IMG/VR virus record: IMGVR_UViG_3300030380_006185
Coordinates: 32,001-96,000 of that record
Length of the DNA: 64,000 bases
Strand: one strand, 5' to 3'
Source: a virus
Shown: positions 47,566 to 57,293 of the stretch, piece by piece
How the letters are laid out: each line of letters starts with the position of its first letter
How positions within the stretch are numbered: position 1 is the first letter of the stretch
Notes under the pieces: model-generated
Seen by the model: only the letters and a program-made list of their open reading frames with translations
Databases searched by the model: none
Told to the model about the DNA's origin: nothing
Translations under genes and position numbers: made by a program

Positions 47566-47939
47566 ATTTTTCTATAGGAAATGGTAAATGAGAGACCAAA
47601 TACAATTCTTGCTAAGGCAACCCATAAAATGCAAATCCAAAAACTATTAATAGGAAGTGCTAAAAATAGTACACCCATAAATATAAACAAGTTTCTTAAT
47701 AGTTTGAAAAAATGCCAAGCATCTGTTAAACCTACTAGCAATGTAGTTGAAAAGAGAAATTTAGGGCCTTGTTTTGGGTCTCCATTTTTATATTTATTTT
47801 TCCATGAAATCTCTGGATTCCAAAATAATTGTGGGTTTTTAGAGTAAAAAACAGAATTATAAAAGTGAAATTGGAGGGTATCCATTACACCTTCACTTAC
47901 TCCTGATAAAATAAAGCAAACTAATCCAATATATTCCAC
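47556..47939 (-). CDS. Membrane hypothetical protein
   Basis: GVMDTLQFH...SWKNKYK...LTDAWHFFK; hydrophobic helices. Confidence 0.6.
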   Translation of the reverse strand: MEYIGLVCFILSGVSEGVMDTLQFHFYNSVFYSKNPQLFWNPEISWKNKYKNGDPKQGPKFLFSTTLLVGLTDAWHFFKLLRNLFIFMGVLFLALPINSFWICILWVALARIVFGLSFTISYRKMGV

Positions 47940-48133
47940 TAGTTATCTTTTCTATATTGGAGATACCAAACTAAAGAAGCTATAAACCCACCATAAGCAG
48001 CAATTCCAGTAGCTATTTTTAAATAGGTTGTGTCTAAGTATCCATTAGCCCACCAAAATGGGTATAATATACACATTACTAACATAAATAAAATTTGTAG
48101 TATGTGAATTGAGTGTTTTTTAAATCGTTTCAT
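47939..48133 (-). CDS. Small membrane protein
   Basis: Two TM helices; late-type motif upstream. Confidence 0.5.
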   Translation of the reverse strand: MKRFKKHSIHILQILFMLVMCILYPFWWANGYLDTTYLKIATGIAAYGGFIASLVWYLQYRKDN

Positions 48134-48307
48134 AGTTATAAATATTTAAACTTTTTTTATACTTCGGAGAGCTGATTTAAGGTGGGTAATAGTATCACTT
48201 AATGGTTTACTGTTTTCATCATTATACTTCTTTTCTAATTTAGAAATAAGTGTTTCTAATGAGGTTATTTCTACTTTTATTTTCATAATTTTTATTTTTA
48301 TTAATTG

Positions 48308-48380
48308 TTGTCCCACAAGGGCTCGAACCTCGACTCTTCTGGACCAAAACCAGACGTGTTGCCAATTACACCATAGGACA
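48308..48380 (-). tRNA. trnQ: tRNA-Gln(TTG)
   Basis: Cloverleaf; TCTGG-TT-TTG-GT-CCAGA anticodon arm; no encoded CCA. Confidence 0.93.
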
Positions 48381-48384
48381 AAAG

Positions 48385-48458
48385 CGGACTGGACGGGACT
48401 CGAACCCGCGACCCCCTGCGTGACAGGCAGGTATTCTAACCAACTGAACTACCAGTCC
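48385..48458 (-). tRNA. trnD: tRNA-Asp(GTC)
   Basis: Cloverleaf; CCTGC-CT-GTC-AC-GCAGG. Confidence 0.95.
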
Positions 48459-48462
48459 TTTG

Positions 48463-48534
48463 TAGCCCATAGGAGAATCGAACTCCTGTTTCTAGGATGA
48501 AAACCTAGCGTCCTAACCACTAGACGAATGGGCC
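48463..48534 (-). tRNA. trnE: tRNA-Glu(TTC)
   Basis: Cloverleaf; CTAGG-TT-TTC-AT-CCTAG. Confidence 0.93.
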
Positions 48535-48538
48535 ATGT

Positions 48539-48623
48539 CCCCTAATAAAATCCCAAAAATATCTTTAGGTTTATTAGGGGGAAAGAAACATCTGAGAGTA
48601 AAAGGAGGGAGAACAGATGTTTC
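48539..48623 (-). ncRNA. Twin-hairpin element between tRNA-Leu and tRNA-Glu
   Basis: Perfect 10-bp stem GAAACAUCUG/CAGAUGUUUC and 11-bp stem CCCCUAAUAAA/UUUAUUAGGGG. Confidence 0.4.
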
Positions 48624-48632
48624 AAATGTTTG

Positions 48633-48716
48633 TACTCGAGGAGGGATTTGAACCCTCACGGGCTAATGCCCACAGGATTTTAAGTCCGGCGTGTCTACCA
48701 ATTCCACCACTCGAGC
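48633..48716 (-). tRNA. trnL: tRNA-Leu(TAA)
   Basis: Class II tRNA with long variable arm GGGC-ATTA-GCCC; GGA-CT-TAA-AA-TCC. Confidence 0.93.
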
Positions 48717-48837
48717 TAAAATCCTCTTATCTCTTTTTCTTTTTTTTCTTTTTTAATTTAAATGCTTCAATTGTTGTTAACCAATCTTTTAATGCTTCAA
48801 TTCTTTGTCTTGGTGGGTTTTTACTCATTTGTTATAA

Positions 48838-49266
48838 CTATTTATTTTTTAATTCTTTAATATGTTTACATTCTCTAGTTTTGGATCTCCAATATCCAGG
48901 ACAATTACATTTGTAACTATCCATTATTTTTCTTACTGTATAAACTGTATCACTAGAACTTGATTTAAATTTAAATAAATTTGGTTCTACTTTTGGTTCT
49001 GGTTTGGTAGGTTTAATCCAATTAATATCATCTAGTGTAGTATTTGGATCTACTTCTTTCCAATCAGGTACAAGGTATTTTTTATCTCCTACATTAAGTA
49101 AAGAAGGTGAAATATATTCATGTATGTAGTCATATTTAAAACGCTTTACACCTACAAACCTTCCTAATCCTTTTGGATAAAATTTAAATTGAGAACTTTC
49201 TCTATATACTAATCTAGTTCTTAAATTTCCGTACTTGTTTAAATTTGAAAACTCAAATAATGGCAT
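48838..49266 (-). CDS. SWIM Zn-finger protein
   Basis: YTV...CNCPGY...CKHI. Confidence 0.75.
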   Translation of the reverse strand: MPLFEFSNLNKYGNLRTRLVYRESSQFKFYPKGLGRFVGVKRFKYDYIHEYISPSLLNVGDKKYLVPDWKEVDPNTTLDDINWIKPTKPEPKVEPNLFKFKSSSSDTVYTVRKIMDSYKCNCPGYWRSKTRECKHIKELKNK

Positions 49267-49300
49267 AACCTTAATTTTATAAAAACATACGAAAAAATTT

Positions 49301-49645
49301 TTACTTATCCAAATTCTTTTTTGGACGTCCTCTTTTAGGTTTGTTTTCTAGATACTTTATTGCTTTTACAATTTCAGCACATCTCTCATACATTTCTTTC
49401 TCCTCAAAAATAGATAAATGGTTTTTAAGTGTAGTTGAAAATTCTACTCTATCTATTGTAATATCATACATTGTCTGTTCCTGAACTACTAGTACAGATA
49501 AAGCATGATGGTGTTTCTTTTTTCCTTTAAGGTTACTCAGTACTGTATCAACTAAGGCATTAGCAATTCTAATATCTTTTTCTGCTATTAATTTTTCAAA
49601 CTCTTCTGTATCAAACACACTAATTTCTGTTGCCATTAATTCCAT
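49301..49645 (-). CDS. Hypothetical protein with UVR-like motif and C-terminal AT-hook
   Basis: EKEMYERCAEI; PKRGRPKK. Confidence 0.55.
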   Translation of the reverse strand: MELMATEISVFDTEEFEKLIAEKDIRIANALVDTVLSNLKGKKKHHHALSVLVVQEQTMYDITIDRVEFSTTLKNHLSIFEEKEMYERCAEIVKAIKYLENKPKRGRPKKNLDK

Positions 49646-49816
49646 TTTAAAATAAATTTAAAAACTTTGGATCAATCTCCATTTTTTTGAGTTTAGTTGA
49701 AATTTCTTCATTCTTTAACATTTTAGTAGCTAATTTTTCTAAATGATTAGATCTTTGTTTAGAATAATCACTTACTAATTTATTATGTTTTTTCTTTTTC
49801 ATTCCAATTATAAATA

Positions 49817-50470
49817 TTATTTCTTTCTTGAAACAAGTGAATAAGGATCTTTATCTACTTTATCTTCCCATTCCCCTAATTCATCTAATTTCTTTTTGTG
49901 GTAATCATCTAATTGGAAATCTGAAGCATCTGTTGTATTGTATACAACTGAATGTCCTTCTAGTTTTTCAATATCTTTTTCATTAAATACTTTACCAATA
50001 TTTAAAAAATAACAATTATAACAAGACATTTGGGCATTACCATCTTGGAAATTATTTTTATTTCCATCTTTAAAAAACATTAATAGTGGTAATTTACCAT
50101 CTATATCTCGCTTTTCATCATAACCACAATGATAACACTGTTCTAGTAAATACCCAGCTTCAATCATTTTAAATTTAACTTTTTCCAAATTAAAAGATGA
50201 AGCATCTGCTCTACCATTTACTATATCATCAATCGCAGGTGCTTTTCTACCAAATGGAGTATCACTCATAAATTTTGGTATACCTTTTCCACTTTGATTT
50301 TTATGTAATTCAAATAAAGATAAACCTGTTTCATCATCTTTATATGATTGCATATAAGGTTTTAAATGTTGATATGAACAATTTAAATATCTAGCAGCTG
50401 CTAATACTGATTTGGTTTTAGCCATTGCTGCTAAACACATTTCTTTTGATATGGGTTTTGGTTTAGCCAT
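49817..50470 (-). CDS. HTH plus degenerate HNH/Zn-finger protein
   Basis: SVLAAARYLNCS HTH; CYHCG...FKDGNKNN...CYNC (catalytic His absent). Confidence 0.6.
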   Translation of the reverse strand: MAKPKPISKEMCLAAMAKTKSVLAAARYLNCSYQHLKPYMQSYKDDETGLSLFELHKNQSGKGIPKFMSDTPFGRKAPAIDDIVNGRADASSFNLEKVKFKMIEAGYLLEQCYHCGYDEKRDIDGKLPLLMFFKDGNKNNFQDGNAQMSCYNCYFLNIGKVFNEKDIEKLEGHSVVYNTTDASDFQLDDYHKKKLDELGEWEDKVDKDPYSLVSRKK

Positions 50471-50843
50471 TAGTTTTCATCCATTTTTGATCACTATCTA
50501 ATTTAAAAGCTCCAATACATTGTTTATCCCATTCATTTGGTGATATTAATGATAGGAATACTTCTTCTTTAATATTACAATAAAGGTAATATGTCTCTCC
50601 TATTATAGGTTCAAAAGAATATTTTGAATTATAAACTAAATCATTCCAATCTATTTCTTCAATAAGTTGTCTGTATTGGTTTTTTAATTCTTCAAACCTA
50701 GTTTTAAATTGGTGATTTACCTTAATAACACTTCGTTGCTTCCACACTTCAATATCTTCTTTTTGTATAGCAGGTGCACCCACATTTGTAGTGTAAGGTG
50801 TTATACTAGGGTTATCTACTACTTGGTCTGGTTTTTTTGGCAT
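50463..50843 (-). CDS. DUF2452-like protein
   Basis: PYTTNVGAPAI; FEPIIGETYYLY; LSLISPNEW. Confidence 0.7.
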   Translation of the reverse strand: MPKKPDQVVDNPSITPYTTNVGAPAIQKEDIEVWKQRSVIKVNHQFKTRFEELKNQYRQLIEEIDWNDLVYNSKYSFEPIIGETYYLYCNIKEEVFLSLISPNEWDKQCIGAFKLDSDQKWMKTNG

Positions 50844-50846
50844 GGT

Positions 50847-51326
50847 TTATTTTTTAATTGGGAGTCTTAAACCTACATTAAATATACTTCTAGTACCTAA
50901 AGAAATATCTCCCCCCGTACCTATTTCACCACAAAATACAAAGTGTAAACCAGTGTTAGGTCTAATATTTAATTGAGCGTAGCCCATCAATGGATAAGGT
51001 CTAATACCTAATATAATAGCTATTTGTTCCTTTTTACCATAATAAGAACCAACACCCACTTTTCCAGTTATAATATAAGGATAAGATAAACCTAGTTGTA
51101 TATCTATCAAACTATAGTCCCCCATAGGTATATTAGTACCTATCGATAATGAACCCATAAATTTATCATTATTTTCATAGGTTACACTCATATCTACAAT
51201 GTCTATAACTTCATCTTCATAGTTTACTGTAGTACTTACACCAGCATTAGCTTCTATATAAAAGGATTTGTTTTGTGAGTATAATAATCCAGGTATTAAT
51301 AAAATTAGTAGTAATATCTTTTTCAT
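50847..51326 (-). CDS. Outer-membrane beta-barrel-like protein
   Basis: Signal peptide ending LYS-Q; alternating beta strands; C-terminal FNVGLRLP. Confidence 0.6.
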   Translation of the reverse strand: MKKILLLILLIPGLLYSQNKSFYIEANAGVSTTVNYEDEVIDIVDMSVTYENNDKFMGSLSIGTNIPMGDYSLIDIQLGLSYPYIITGKVGVGSYYGKKEQIAIILGIRPYPLMGYAQLNIRPNTGLHFVFCGEIGTGGDISLGTRSIFNVGLRLPIKK

Positions 51327-51968
51327 TTATTTTATATTATGTTTTTTTAAAAATTCATGTAAATGTACTCCATCTGCAATATGGACCCACCCATCAGTTA
51401 TATCTCTTATTATAAATCCATCTTTATCGGTGTACTTATCATAAATGTTAATAAATATGTACCCATTTTCTAGGCATTTCTCATTTAGTAATTTATTGAA
51501 ATATAAATATGCTAATTTCCTTTCCTCATCACTTCCCACGTAAGGAGTATCTATTTCTGGGCAATCACTTTCTCTTGAGGGTGGCGGCACATTATATACA
51601 CAAATGTTTTTTAGGTTTACTTTTAGTCTATCTAAATTTACTTTTATAGCATTAAAGTAGTTGTTGATTAGTCTATCAATAACGTCTTTGTATGTTTGAG
51701 ATTTATTAACGTGTTTGTAAACATGACACCTACAGTCTATTTCTCCAAAACTAAAAACTAGACTATCTCCATCTTCTAGGTCAAATTTACTCACATCTAC
51801 CAATTCAAGTCCTTTAGTTCCAAAACTATTGCAAATAATAGCACCCATATGATGATGCTTAACACCTTCAGGCCATCCATTCCTTTTACATTTGTCGCTA
51901 AATCCTATGTTTATATCTGATTGAAGCGATTCTCCTGCGTGACTATCTCCAAATGTGTGAATTGCCAT
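51327..51968 (-). CDS. SGNH/GDSL hydrolase-like protein
   Basis: FGDSH, FGEIDCR, DGWVH. Confidence 0.75.
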   Translation of the reverse strand: MAIHTFGDSHAGESLQSDINIGFSDKCKRNGWPEGVKHHHMGAIICNSFGTKGLELVDVSKFDLEDGDSLVFSFGEIDCRCHVYKHVNKSQTYKDVIDRLINNYFNAIKVNLDRLKVNLKNICVYNVPPPSRESDCPEIDTPYVGSDEERKLAYLYFNKLLNEKCLENGYIFINIYDKYTDKDGFIIRDITDGWVHIADGVHLHEFLKKHNIK

Positions 51969-51971
51969 TTT

Positions 51972-52214
51972 TTAATCGTTTAGTTTATCAAATCCCTTTC
52001 CTTTTTTCTTTTCTCTTTGTTTAAATGCCTTGAATTCATCCTCTTCCATAATCACTAAATCTGTCCAAGTATGATCTTTTGACCCAAACATTACAGGAAC
52101 ACCACTTTTTGCTCCAGTTGTAGAACAATTAACACAAACTTTTGTTCCAGGTAAAGCCTTTAACCTTAATGGGTTAATAGGTTTCTTACATTTTACACAC
52201 ATTTCATTTTTCAT
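51972..52214 (-). CDS. DksA/TraR C4 Zn-finger protein
   Basis: CVKCKKPINPLRLKALPGTKVCVNC. Confidence 0.8.
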   Translation of the reverse strand: MKNEMCVKCKKPINPLRLKALPGTKVCVNCSTTGAKSGVPVMFGSKDHTWTDLVIMEEDEFKAFKQREKKKGKGFDKLND

Positions 52215-52590
52215 CGTACCGTTTTAAAAATTTTACTAATTGTCGAGGATTTTCAATAATATGTTCTTTTCCATCTTCATCCTCAATTGGTAATATTTTG
52301 TCATCTGGGGTTATACTTTCAAATACCCACCATAAGATAATTTCACTTTTCTTCTCCCCATAAAGTTTAACAATTAGGTCTTTAATAATAAATAAATATT
52401 TTTCTTCATACGCAAATAAATTTACTCCTGCTTTACTAACCCCCATTGTTAAAGATTCTATCTCACAAAGTCTTTCAATTAGTTCTAATAAAAATTTATC
52501 TTCTTTATTTTTGATAGTTCTTTTATTTTTTTTTAGATTAATTCCTTTTCCAAGTTTTTTAACTACTTTCTCAAATCTTTCTTCACTCAT
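52204..52590 (-). CDS. Hypothetical protein
   Basis: ORF track; promoter upstream. Confidence 0.55.
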   Translation of the reverse strand: MSEERFEKVVKKLGKGINLKKNKRTIKNKEDKFLLELIERLCEIESLTMGVSKAGVNLFAYEEKYLFIIKDLIVKLYGEKKSEIILWWVFESITPDDKILPIEDEDGKEHIIENPRQLVKFLKRYDEK

Positions 52591-52632
52591 AACAAACTTT
52601 TTTAAGATAATACAATATATAAAAAGTATTCC

Positions 52633-52971
52633 TTATTTCCAAAATACCTGTATAAATATTAAAGAAAGAGATAGTAAAAGAGAAGTTAAAGTTTTTAATG
52701 TTATACCTTCTTTAAAAAATATTCCTACAAATAAAGCATAAACTAGTATTCCTACACCAAACCCTATAAAACGAGCTGGCCATAATGTACCGTCAAAGTG
52801 TTGTACTGTATATTTTGTTCCATAGATATATAAGTAAGAAATGGGTATACCAAATAATGCAAGTATAAAGGTATTTTTTTCAAACCAATTCCAAATGAAT
52901 TGACCATTTAATTGAAACCATGTTACTAAATGTGCTCCTAGAAAAAATAATATTCCAAATATTAATCGCAT
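52633..52971 (-). CDS. 4-TM small membrane protein (DMT/SMR-like)
   Basis: Four hydrophobic helices; FFKEGITLK. Confidence 0.55.
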   Translation of the reverse strand: MRLIFGILFFLGAHLVTWFQLNGQFIWNWFEKNTFILALFGIPISYLYIYGTKYTVQHFDGTLWPARFIGFGVGILVYALFVGIFFKEGITLKTLTSLLLSLSLIFIQVFWK

Positions 52972-54206
52972 ATAATTAAGTTGTTTTCGTATGTCGTTAA
53001 ATCGTTGATTTGAATTTTTAAATTACCTAATTCAAATTCACCTATCTCTCCACTATCCTGAATTATTTCAGACAATTGTTGTATTATTTGCATATCTTGT
53101 TGAGTAAATTTATTGCCATTTATTTTAACAGTAATATTATCTTTAATAACATGTTTATTTGGATCAAATCCTTTAACTCTTTCATCTATATTAAATGAAC
53201 TATATTTTTGTTCTTCTTCACTGTATAAAACAAATTCTTCTAAATCAACGTAAAGATAATCACACCATGGTTCTAATGCTTGTATTAATTGTATATAGCA
53301 ATTTTCAACTACAATACCTACTTCATATTTAGGTGGTACAATTGGTTTCATTAAAGCATCATGTTTACAAAAATGCCCCCATTTACGAATAAATTCTCTA
53401 GTTGATTTTTGGTTTTGAGCTAACCATTCATCTGTTTCTCTATTTTTCATAAACACTTGACCATCAGGGTTTCGTTTTGCTCCATCGGCAAATCTACTCC
53501 CTCTACAAGTCATATGATAAACAAATCCTTCCCATGTTTGAATAAACTTAATTCCATTTAAATGAAAACGATTGAATATATCTGTATCTTCTTTTGATTG
53601 TGGAGCAAATATAGGGTCATGACCTCCTATTTCTTGAAAATCTTTTTTCCAAAATGCCCAAGGTGCAAATATACCTTCTGTAGTTTCTGGCATTGAAGAG
53701 GTATTAGCATTCAGGGGTTGGCCTATTTTTTCATGCATAAACTTAACCCTGTCTAATAGTTTTCTTTCATCAAACTCTTCAGGTTCAATACCACAATCTA
53801 ATAATATTTTTTCAGGGCCAGGTGGATGTAATGGTGGTTCGATTCTAGTAAGTGATACGATTGTTTTTTCCTTTAAATGTTTTTCAATCGCATCTAACGC
53901 ACCTGGACATAAGTACATATCAGCATGGTAAATCATACAAATATCATGTGTTGCTACTTCATTAACTAAACGATCGTATAGTATTGTATGACCTAAACGA
54001 GTTGGTCCTTCATTTCTAATTGCCTTAAATAATGGGTCTTTTTCCATCATTTCTTTACACCATTCCCAAGTATTATCCTTATCACTAAAGTCATCTGCTA
54101 CACAAATTTCTACTTCATGGTCACCTTGGTTTTTACGAATTGAATCATATGACCATTTAAGGTATTTAAGATTATTTCTACTTGGTTGGATAATTGATAT
54201 TTTCAT
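52962..54206 (-). CDS. Glycosyltransferase family 2
   Basis: KISIIQPSRN, ADDFS, HADM, IGGHD, EDTD. Confidence 0.85.
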   Translation of the reverse strand: MKISIIQPSRNNLKYLKWSYDSIRKNQGDHEVEICVADDFSDKDNTWEWCKEMMEKDPLFKAIRNEGPTRLGHTILYDRLVNEVATHDICMIYHADMYLCPGALDAIEKHLKEKTIVSLTRIEPPLHPPGPEKILLDCGIEPEEFDERKLLDRVKFMHEKIGQPLNANTSSMPETTEGIFAPWAFWKKDFQEIGGHDPIFAPQSKEDTDIFNRFHLNGIKFIQTWEGFVYHMTCRGSRFADGAKRNPDGQVFMKNRETDEWLAQNQKSTREFIRKWGHFCKHDALMKPIVPPKYEVGIVVENCYIQLIQALEPWCDYLYVDLEEFVLYSEEEQKYSSFNIDERVKGFDPNKHVIKDNITVKINGNKFTQQDMQIIQQLSEIIQDSGEIGEFELGNLKIQINDLTTYENNLIICD

Positions 54207-54212
54207 TTTTGA

Positions 54213-54776
54213 TTATTTAGGTTGTAAAATAGCTAATGTTTGAGTTGAATGAACTATTGAAGCTACTTCATTAAAATATTTTAAAGCTATGCGCCTATAT
54301 CTTTCACGATCTGGCATCCAGAAGTCATGAAAAAATACTAATCCATCTTCTTTAAGATATGGTAAACAATACTCAGCACAAAACTGTCTAGCCCTACCAT
54401 CTATTAATATTCTATCATATTTTTTCTTTATTTGTGACGGATATTCTATATAGGTTTTGTATCTATCAGGAGTACTTGGAAAATCAGACCCACCATCTTC
54501 TGTTGGTATATGATAATTTTGTATATTTTTGATTTTATCTTCTTTAATTTTATCATTAACTTTATCATACCATTCTTTATTATGTTCAATGGAATAATAT
54601 TTTTTAACATATTTAGAAAAAAGCATAGTACTGCCACCACAGCCCCATTCTAACATACTTTGTTCTTTATTTAAAAATGCAATTATTAAATTAATTTCAG
54701 AATCATGCATCCATGGTTTACTTGGTACTTCACTCATATTTGTGTTATTGTTTGGTTTGGAAATTGATAATGACAT
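54213..54776 (-). CDS. SAM-dependent (polysaccharide-type) methyltransferase
   Basis: MLEWGCGGST, SIEHN, ILIDGRAR, FFHDF; true start probably ATG 54737. Confidence 0.75.
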   Translation of the reverse strand: MSLSISKPNNNTNMSEVPSKPWMHDSEINLIIAFLNKEQSMLEWGCGGSTMLFSKYVKKYYSIEHNKEWYDKVNDKIKEDKIKNIQNYHIPTEDGGSDFPSTPDRYKTYIEYPSQIKKKYDRILIDGRARQFCAEYCLPYLKEDGLVFFHDFWMPDRERYRRIALKYFNEVASIVHSTQTLAILQPK

Positions 54777-55525
54777 ACACCATCAATCATCATATTTTTA
54801 TGACTACAGTCATGTATTTGTTTATCTTTTATTTCTTTTAATAAGATTTTATATGATTTAGGTGATATTAAATGGTGTTTTGTTAAATCATTTCTTAGAA
54901 CACATTTTCTTAAAAATCTCTCACAGGTCCACCCATTAAAATACTCCCAGATTTTGCCATTATAATTTTTTATTTTTGAAATTGCTTTATAAGTCTCATT
55001 TAAATATTCTTTATCATTTAAATAATCAATTTTAGAAATGTTTATAAAATAAAAATTAGTTTGAGGAAAAAAATCATTTTTAATAATATCCTCAAAATTA
55101 AAATTATACTTAATCATTCCTCCATAACCTATACTACCTAAATAATAAAAATCAGCTTCTGGTATTTCTTTAAAGAAGATTTCATAATTTAATATAATAT
55201 CATTAGATGATTTACATAACCATGTTATATTATTTACTTTACAATAATCAACTAGTAAATTATCTAAATCAGCAGTTCCAAAGTTATGTCCTCTGTTAAT
55301 TTTAGAATCTAATATAATACAATCTGGAAAATATTTTTTCCATACTTCGTTATTTTGGTCTTGTAAATTGCAACTATAGTTTGTCGCTACTATTATATTT
55401 TTAAATTCTTCTAATACCTCTAAATTATATAATATATATTGTTCTAATGTCTCAAGATCATCTTCATTAGAAATATACCCTATAGTACCATAATATGTTT
55501 TATTAATAAGTTGCTTTAAATTCAT
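54734..55525 (-). CDS. Putative glycosyltransferase-like protein
   Basis: NRGHNFGTADLD, KSSND; context within the GT cluster. Confidence 0.45.
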   Translation of the reverse strand: MNLKQLINKTYYGTIGYISNEDDLETLEQYILYNLEVLEEFKNIIVATNYSCNLQDQNNEVWKKYFPDCIILDSKINRGHNFGTADLDNLLVDYCKVNNITWLCKSSNDIILNYEIFFKEIPEADFYYLGSIGYGGMIKYNFNFEDIIKNDFFPQTNFYFINISKIDYLNDKEYLNETYKAISKIKNYNGKIWEYFNGWTCERFLRKCVLRNDLTKHHLISPKSYKILLKEIKDKQIHDCSHKNMMIDGVCHYQFPNQTITQI

Positions 55526-56117
55526 CTGGTGATATTAAAGTTAATAATTTAGTTCTATTAGTATTAAAATATTCCCATGAATCAATACCTTGTTGTAATT
55601 CATTTTTATCTATTTCAAAATCTTTTTGATTTTTTAAAATAACACCTACACCCCAATCATCATCTACCACAAAATGTTTATGTTGTGGATTATTTATTCT
55701 GGATTGTAAAAAGGCTTTATAAACATCTCCATTCCAATTTATTTGCCCATTTCTTGGAATTTGAGCATGTGCTTTAGTTGGTGGATTACAATCATGCATA
55801 GCAATTACACCTGTGTCAATACTATGTTTTAGACTATTATTAATATCTTTAATAACTTGAGTACTATGATGTAAACCATCAATGAATACTATATCATATT
55901 TAATATCAGGATGGTCTTTAATTAATTCAAAAAAATCATCTGATGTAACTGGATAGTTTACTTTGGGGTGTACTACACCTTCAGCTCCTGGGTCTACTCC
56001 ATCTTTATGAGGAATATTTACTGCTTCAATACATTCACCATTAAAAACTCCAATTTCTAAATAATTTACAAAGTTATTCTTTTTTATAAAAGTATTTATA
56101 ATATCAAATCTACGCAT
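55503..56117 (-). CDS. Class I SAM methyltransferase (Methyltransf_24-like)
   Basis: YLEIGV, DIVFIDGLH, MHDC. Confidence 0.8.
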   Translation of the reverse strand: MRRFDIINTFIKKNNFVNYLEIGVFNGECIEAVNIPHKDGVDPGAEGVVHPKVNYPVTSDDFFELIKDHPDIKYDIVFIDGLHHSTQVIKDINNSLKHSIDTGVIAMHDCNPPTKAHAQIPRNGQINWNGDVYKAFLQSRINNPQHKHFVVDDDWGVGVILKNQKDFEIDKNELQQGIDSWEYFNTNRTKLLTLISPDEFKATY

Positions 56118-56773
56118 TATATTAATGTATTATAAAATTCATTTTGTTTTTCTTGTTTTGTGAGTGTTTTAGGATGTTTTAAACACCATTCTTCTTCTGT
56201 TGGAAGGCAAGCTACTGTTTTATAACCTTCAAGAAATTCATGGATTTTTCGTGTCCACTTAATATTTTTAACATTTTTATAAACTCTCCATTGGTAATCA
56301 GGGAAATTAACCCAACCCTTATTATTTACCATCCAACCCCATTTATTAACATGTTCTTGTGTTAACCCTTCAACAGTATTAATTCTTGGAACTAAAATCA
56401 CATCAACATTGTTGTTTTCTAATACTTCTGGTAGGGCTTCTATCATATAAAGTGAAGGCATCTCATCTGCATCAATTTGGTAAATATAATCTCCTGAGCA
56501 ATATTTTGATATGTTGTTTTTAAAATTAGCAAAATGTCCATCCAATGCAAAATCACATATAAATTTAATTTGTCCTTCTCTATCTAAATTACCACAATAT
56601 AAATTAACTTCCATTTCAGGGGTTAATGGGGTATGGGATGCAGATTTTTTACATGCTTTGTCTTGTTGTACAACTATTTCATCTTGGGGTCGTTTGTTTC
56701 GGATTAAAAAATTGACTAAATTTTGTATTTCTACAAATTCATTACATACTGTTATAGCGTAACTTATTTTCAT
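56117..56773 (-). CDS. Glycosyltransferase family 2
   Basis: KISYAITVCNE, QIDADE, FPDYQWR, IHE. Confidence 0.85.
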   Translation of the reverse strand: MKISYAITVCNEFVEIQNLVNFLIRNKRPQDEIVVQQDKACKKSASHTPLTPEMEVNLYCGNLDREGQIKFICDFALDGHFANFKNNISKYCSGDYIYQIDADEMPSLYMIEALPEVLENNNVDVILVPRINTVEGLTQEHVNKWGWMVNNKGWVNFPDYQWRVYKNVKNIKWTRKIHEFLEGYKTVACLPTEEEWCLKHPKTLTKQEKQNEFYNTLI

Positions 56774-56952
56774 TGAGCATGGTTTTCTAAATCATTTAAT
56801 AGTGCTAATGCTTCACCAAAATTAAAATAATGGGCTTTGCATATTCTTATGTAATACTCATTTGTTTTTGTTATTTGTCCTATACTAATTTCAATGTTTG
56901 TAACTTCTATAGCTTTATCTACTTTTAATAACTTTGTTTCTTTTTCTGTCAT
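56770..56952 (-). CDS. Hypothetical protein
   Basis: ORF track. Confidence 0.5.
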   Translation of the reverse strand: MTEKETKLLKVDKAIEVTNIEISIGQITKTNEYYIRICKAHYFNFGEALALLNDLENHAQ

Positions 56953-56961
56953 AACTTTTAT

Positions 56962-57288
56962 TTAAAATGGTAAATCATCTACTTTATTATTTGATTTAAA
57001 ATGAGGAAGTAACAGATCTATTTTATCTTCTAATAATTTAACTCTATCTTCTAATAATCTAATTTTATCTTCTAAAGCTACTTGTGCCGCAGGTTTTTTA
57101 TTAAAATATTCATCTAAAAATGAAGTTGGGTACATACAAACATATCCTGCTGGTACTAGGGATGTTTCTATATCTTTTTTCCCAACATAAACACCCTTAG
57201 AAACAGCAGCAGCATGTACTTTTGTTCCTAAATCTTTTCCTGCTGGTCTACCTAAATAATCATATAAACTTTGGGTTTCTATAAGCAT
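56962..57288 (-). CDS. Hypothetical protein
   Basis: SLYDYLGRPAG..LG; ends in DDLPF (SSB-like tail). Confidence 0.55.
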   Translation of the reverse strand: MLIETQSLYDYLGRPAGKDLGTKVHAAAVSKGVYVGKKDIETSLVPAGYVCMYPTSFLDEYFNKKPAAQVALEDKIRLLEDRVKLLEDKIDLLLPHFKSNNKVDDLPF

Positions 57289-57293
57289 AACTT

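Noticed and set aside
47489-48380. Phage tRNA-Ala/Gln as the explanation for Ala/Gln avoidance in island proteins
   Set aside because: The avoidance extends to synonymous sites and intergenic DNA, so it acts at nucleotide level rather than through tRNA supply.
49817-50470. Active HNH homing endonuclease
   Set aside because: The catalytic His positions are replaced (LMFFKDG, CYNCY) and no intron or insertion context is visible.
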